From NCBI GenBank assembly GCA_024704765.1, contig JAKMXF010000357.1, forward strand, positions 1-64,000: DNA of 64,000 nt, in the 5' to 3' direction. The stretch is from Oopsacas minuta. Taxonomy: Eukaryota > Animalia > Porifera. Made by a program: the position numbers and the translations under genes. Positions 58,799 to 64,000 of the stretch are shown one piece after another (within the stretch, counting starts at the first letter, position 1; each line of letters starts with the position of its first letter). The notes below the pieces were generated by a model. That model was not told where the DNA came from, made no database searches, and worked only from the letters and a program-made list of their open reading frames with translations.

Positions 58799-58890
58799 TG
58801 TGTGTCATCGATATAGCGTATCCATGGTACCAGTAATAGAGGTAGTAGGGCTGTCATGGTAGTAAATCTGTCATACAACAGTACTATTTA

Positions 58891-58991
58891 CAGTAGAACT
58901 CGGATAAGACGTACTCGGCTTAAGACGTACACTCGGTTAAGACGTACTAATTTCTGTTTCCCGAGGGGTACGTCTTATCCGAGTTCTACTG
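58891..58991. mobile_element. 101-bp Tc1/pogo MITE, young
   Basis: Perfect 24-bp TIR CAGTAGAACTCGGATAAGACGTAC flanked by TA; CGG.TAAGACGTAC occurs three times at the left end. Confidence 0.92.
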
Positions 58992-59560
58992 TATTATAGA
59001 ATATTATGGTAGCATGTATTAGTGAAATTGAAAAATTCATACTAACTCACTTGTTTGGAATATAAATTGGCAAGAATCTGGAGATGTCAGTAGCGCTTGC
59101 GAAACTAGGGGAAATAATAAATTATATTGACAGTAGAGAATTTGAAGTAGTTAGAATAACCATATGAAGTTGCTAGAATCCAAGAAATTCCGTGACCTAC
59201 AATGTATTTCACAGAAAAAGCCAGTTGTATAAATTTTTGAGGCGCTGTATGATAGTACAATACCATAGATATCTATACTCGAAACTATCTAATCACGCAA
59301 GTGGCGGATGGAGGGTGCCCAGTAGTTTGAATTTTCCAGGATTTCGGGATAAACAATGGGAGATCCAAACAACAAGGCATCATTTTTCCAAACGGATTGA
59401 ATTAATTCGACTATTTTAAGTAAAATTCATTATAACAGAGTTGTCTTCACTTGTTTTTCATATTTAACACGTTTCTTTGTGATTTGAAACGGTTAAAACA
59501 TATAGATTTGCCAATTCAAATGCAACAGATATATTTTTATCTAATAAGTACTATTAGCAT

Positions 59561-60491
59561 GGCAGCTTAGCAACTAAATGTGAACATCCCGATAAAAGCG
59601 CCAAACTGTTTCTATATGTTACCATGACCATAGATCCTGCCTTTGATAGGAACCACTTCCGGCGGTGACATTTCCGTTCCCTTCTTGCCTTTTTGAATAG
59701 CGGCTGGCAACGATTTTGCGATACATCCCCCAAGCGGTACCCTCTCCAAATCGAATCGACTTTTAAACACCAGATTAGCATCAAATTTCCAGCAATTTGA
59801 TGGGTCAAATGACCATATTTGGAGATATTTTTGACCAGTAACGCATGAATGTCTCTTAACCCCATAGTGTGACCCCTCGTTCGACGCGGCTAGGCGAGCT
59901 GAGTCTAGTTGTACACGTATCTACCTCTAAATCTTTAAACACGGTTATACGTGATCGCCCCCGCGGCGTGATAATTTCTTGTAAGTTTTTCGCGTATTTC
60001 TTACAGATATATAATGTCATCCTCTGTTTTTGTCAGAAATTTTTAACTAGTTATGATATGAATCATGGTATTTAACAAAGTTTTATATGTTAACGTCATA
60101 AAAAGTTTTAAATATAAATTGTCTAGTAACTACACATCATGGCAAATTACAGAAATCTACCTCATTCAGATGATGACTTATCCAATGTCTATTCACTGAG
60201 AACTATGTGCATTATGTCAAACTGATACCTGTGTGTCTGTTTCTCTATTTGAGTACGAATATGGTGCTTAAAAGTAGATTCGATTCGATTTGAAGAGGTT
60301 ATCACTTGGGGGATATATCGGCGAAATAGCTACCAGCCGCTATCTAAAATGGCCAGAAGGGATCGAAAATGTATCTGCCGAAGTGGTTCCCATTAAAAAT
60401 CAGGAACTATGGTCATGGGTCACATTTAAAAAACGGTTTGGTGCTGTTATTCCGGATGTTCACATTTGCCGAAATATGCGATTAAGCTGCC
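59561..60491. mobile_element. ~930-bp element with ~210-bp diverged inverted arms
   Basis: 59561-59764 is the reverse complement of ~60270-60491 at roughly three-quarters identity by eye (CCAGCCGCTAT, GAAGTGGTTCC, CTATGGTCATGG, GGATGTTCACATTT). Confidence 0.8.
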
Positions 60492-61768
60492 TGACTATAT
60501 ATAAGAGAGGTTCGAGTGTATGAAATTTCGGGCAGATTTTATAAGAAATTCTATAATCAAAGCTAGTTCAAGCCTTAGAGTTCATATAGTAAAAGGTTAA
60601 GTGTGCATGATCACATACACACACGTCTGTGGAACATTTCTGACACAATTCTAAGGTAAAATTCTGAATTACATTTGTGTTATAAAATGCAATTTCACAC
60701 AAGACATACTCCTCATACTTCATAGAAAGCCATCATGACTCTTCAAAAATAATATTGTTATTTCGAAATTTGGTGAATTTCTTAAGGCCGATTCCCATGA
60801 ATAATAACCAAAAGCTACCTATGTAGCTCAAGTATCACAACAGAAGGTCATTAAATGTAAATTTTAGACTTTTTCGCAATTGTTTACACTTGAGGTACGA
60901 AGTGTAAGAGTATATCCCGTCGTATAGCGATCAAAAGCACTAAGAATGTTAGGCAATGTATACTTAACCTAAATCTGCTGAAGTAAGTGTTCAGAATACT
61001 GCCGCATGCCATTAAGCGACCTTGCAAGCGAGGCGCGCTAGCATAGGACAATTAAGAGACTGGAGAGAACGATACCGTAACAGGGTGAACAAAGATAATG
61101 TCAGGCCATATTCTTTTTGTGCCATAGTAGTACTGAATCTATGCAAGCGCACAAATTCAGGGTGTGCAGGTGACTACCAAAAGGCTCTAGTTGCGCCTAT
61201 GGCTAGGACATATTTTGTTAAGCCAAAATTATGGCGATAGGCACGTATAGGAGATCTTGGAATGTGTGTTGGGTTGTAATGCTGCTTCGAGAAATTTGGA
61301 ATGAGACTTCAATTTTTCTACAAATATTACAGTGGATGTAAGTATGTACTAAATTAGACTGGATTCACGTTAACCAACTGGGATAAGACGAATACATTTC
61401 GATGTCCCCTGAACTTTCCAATAAGTTTTAACAATATCACTATTTCCAATATCATGGGCGCAGGTTACGATCCTGATGATCAGGTTTCAACCAAACCAAC
61501 ATAAGATCTGCTAATGGGAATAGTATCAGTCAACCGGAACAAATTTTGGTCGCTAATATATTTTAACCAAACCACTAGAAAACTGCTTGCTACAGATCTA
61601 TTTCTAGAGTATCACAAATTTTAAAATTGAAAAATAGTTATATAATTACAAACAAACCATCAGATTGTGAATAAGTGTGGACATCTCTACCATCTATCGA
61701 TAACAACAGATCTCCTACACAAATCTAAAATATCATAAATATAAGTAATACTAAATAAAAACAATACA

Positions 61769-62283
61769 TCTATATTATTAAATTTCAATTGTTGTTTGTT
61801 TGTCTGTTTGTTTGTCCGTTGTCAAGGAAAGGATTTACGGTATGCAAATTTGAAAATCTCGCAAAACTATGTATTAGTCGTGTTTAACAAGGAAGTAAAT
61901 AGAATTCAATAAAACTTCACTATAATATATCGAACATGCTGAATCTGATTTTCACACTTTTGGGTTAATCATACGTATATAAATTTATTGTTGTTTGTAT
62001 GAATAAATAGTAAACAAATTTCAAAATTGAGGTAGAATCATACTTTCAACGACTATCATGGGGTATTCGAGTATGCTGAGTCCGAATATGGTATTGTAAA
62101 CAACATATTGTGAATATTTGTTTACTTTTAGGTACATAAAGTAAACAAAATTCAAAATTGAGGTTACATTGTTCTAAATATAGCTATATTATAATACTCA
62201 AAGGGGTCGTTAATTTTGGAGATTAATCGATACATCGAGGCGCAATGGGCGAGTTCATCGCGAAGCGACGAGCCAAAGGCTCG
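61769..62283 (+). mobile_element. Full-length non-autonomous Helitron-like element, family A
   Basis: A|TCTATATTATTAAATTTCAATTG 5' end, (GTTT/GTCT)n, tandem unit, 3' hairpin GAGCC-AAA-GGCTC, ending CTCG|T. Confidence 0.82.
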
Positions 62284-62319
62284 TATACAAAATATTCGAA
62301 TACGTAATCTAGGATTATA

Positions 62320-62866
62320 ATCAGTGTAGAAAAGAAATTGGAATAGCCCGATGGCTGATCTTTGGCATGCGGGGGCTTTTACGGCCTGGCGCGGAATGGT
62401 CCAATTCTTGGACAAAAATTCACACCTATGACGAAAATATGACGTAATTGTCACCTCTTTGGACCTTCAAAACATCACATTATTAGCCACCATGATTTTG
62501 ACCAAATACAACTCATCATGTGATTATTGAGTAATCATGATATCACAAAATATAATTTTATTGAAATTTAGAAATTTGGAGAAGTACTAAATTTAATTAA
62601 CACTCATGGCAAGAAGTGCCGAGATCGATAATCAGAAGTCACGTAGAAGCTCTAGTGGTAATTACCACAAAATGCCATTAAAAGGAATTTTGATTTACCA
62701 TAGATAATAACTTTCCGCTATTTGTGATTCCAAGGCATGTAGTGTCGAGTGTTCATCTGGTCGTAGCTACCAAAAGTACAAAGAAATTTGGCTCTTTAAA
62801 AATCAAGCTTAATCTGAGACATTAAACTGACTCACCAGCGAACAAGCAAGCGAAGCACCCTACTAT
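62320..62866 (+). mobile_element. Helitron-like family B copy
   Basis: Colinear with 38340-38947; ends AAGCAAGCGAAGCACCCTACT. Confidence 0.65.
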
Positions 62867-63300
62867 CCTATTACGCAGTTTTAGCCATTAATTTCATTTC
62901 AAAAGCAGCTAAATTCAATCTGATTTTAAACAAATCTCAAGGATAAACCAAAATTAGGCAACTATGATTATGATTTATACAAAAACCGTTGAAAAGTCCG
63001 ATAGCACAGTAATATAAAGTTTGAACTTAACTAAGAGTTAAGAATTAACAAACCAAGTCACAATCAAAGCTTATCAATTATGCTATATATGGAAGTAATT
63101 CCTCGTAGATTGAGATGATCCATGGTAACAATAATTGGGGTAGTAAAATACTCATGTGAGGAATTCGTAGTACATCAGTTCAAACTGTAGGAACTTGATA
63201 TTTGTACTATTCTCAGTTATGTCTTCAAATTATATCACTCCCAATAAATCCCATTTGAACACAACAAGAGACAAAATAGATTCTACATTTCTGACGTACC

Positions 63301-63436
63301 ATGGATCATAATGTGGTACCAGCCTTTCAAGACAGAACCACGAGTGAGCGTACTCTGGTACGAAAAGTGTATAATACATACTTTTCGACACGCGATGAGC
63401 GACCACTTACCTTCATGACTGCAAATTTCGGAAACG
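63301..63436 (+). CDS. Possible first coding exon of a plus-strand gene running off the right edge
   Basis: ATG-started 45-codon open stretch MDHNVVPAFQDRTTSERTLVRKVYNTYFSTRDERPLTFMTANFGN, GC-richer than its flanks, followed by G|GTAGAT. No homology recognised. Confidence 0.25.
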
Positions 63437-64000
63437 GTAGATGTAATGTTCGTGAAATATAGGTTTAATGTAATGGGAATATTGTGCCTCGAATTAAAAG
63501 TGCCACTATTAAGCCACTGATAATAATAAACTAGTTTCAGCTCTACATAAGAACCACTTGAGCCGCATGCAGGCGGGAGGTTCATTATCATTATTTCACT
63601 ATTTTGAGGAGTATCAGTGGAAAATTGGTCGATTCATAAATAATTTCAAAATGGCAATAGTCAAATTTGATATCAGAATTTATATAGTTTACACAATCTG
63701 TAGCTGAATTACATGGAGTACAAGGTGAAATAACGGAAAAATGACAATATCCGTGCGGTAGCAAAATCATATTCTGGCGATGGATCTAAAACATATATAA
63801 AACTAACAGTAGCAATAAGGTGTTTTATGTTACTGAGATTCAGAAAGTGATAAACTCAAATAATTTGAATACGACAATATACATTCTTTGAGTCAACTCC
63901 GCTTAATTGGGAGTTAGGGCAACAGTTAATAGGGACGAATCTCCAGGTAGGGAATCATCTAGATCAAAATAAATCTAAAATTACTGTTAATCGGGACGAA

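Noticed and set aside
59554-60523. ORFs at 59554-59865 and 60290-60523
   Set aside because: They fall in the two arms of an inverted repeat and give unrelated peptides in different frames, so they are not conserved coding sequence.

Overview
AT-rich eukaryotic, almost certainly animal, genomic DNA with GT-AG spliceosomal introns. A sponge of the glass-sponge type is a plausible source given the intronless NHL-repeat genes, but that is inference only. Host genes reconstructed by hand with consistent intron phases: (1) DSTYK kinase, minus strand, 9 exons at 4515-11833, whose last ~150 aa of kinase domain are not in the window; (2) intronless NHP2, minus; (3) two intronless NHL-repeat beta-propeller genes (2997-3869 plus, 17360-18724 minus); (4) a PSD/EFA6 Sec7-PH Arf6 GEF, minus, 12 exons spread over 20142-50160, 5' exon(s) not found; (5) tRNA-Leu(TAA) antisense inside a PSD intron. 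The rest is dense with DNA transposon debris: a Chapaev3-like element, three hAT transposase fossils (Hermes-like, Buster with intact TSD, a C-terminal fragment), many hAT and Tc1/pogo MITEs, two non-autonomous Helitron-like families, Transib-like CACAGTG termini and several foldback elements, including a perfect 87-bp inverted repeat. I did not find a convincing new multi-gene system. The best leads are the interrupted DSTYK with a possibly nested gene, TIR-like inverted repeats bracketing single exons, a candidate 5.3-kb composite element, the CTCG-ended Helitron family and an unidentified decayed ORF.
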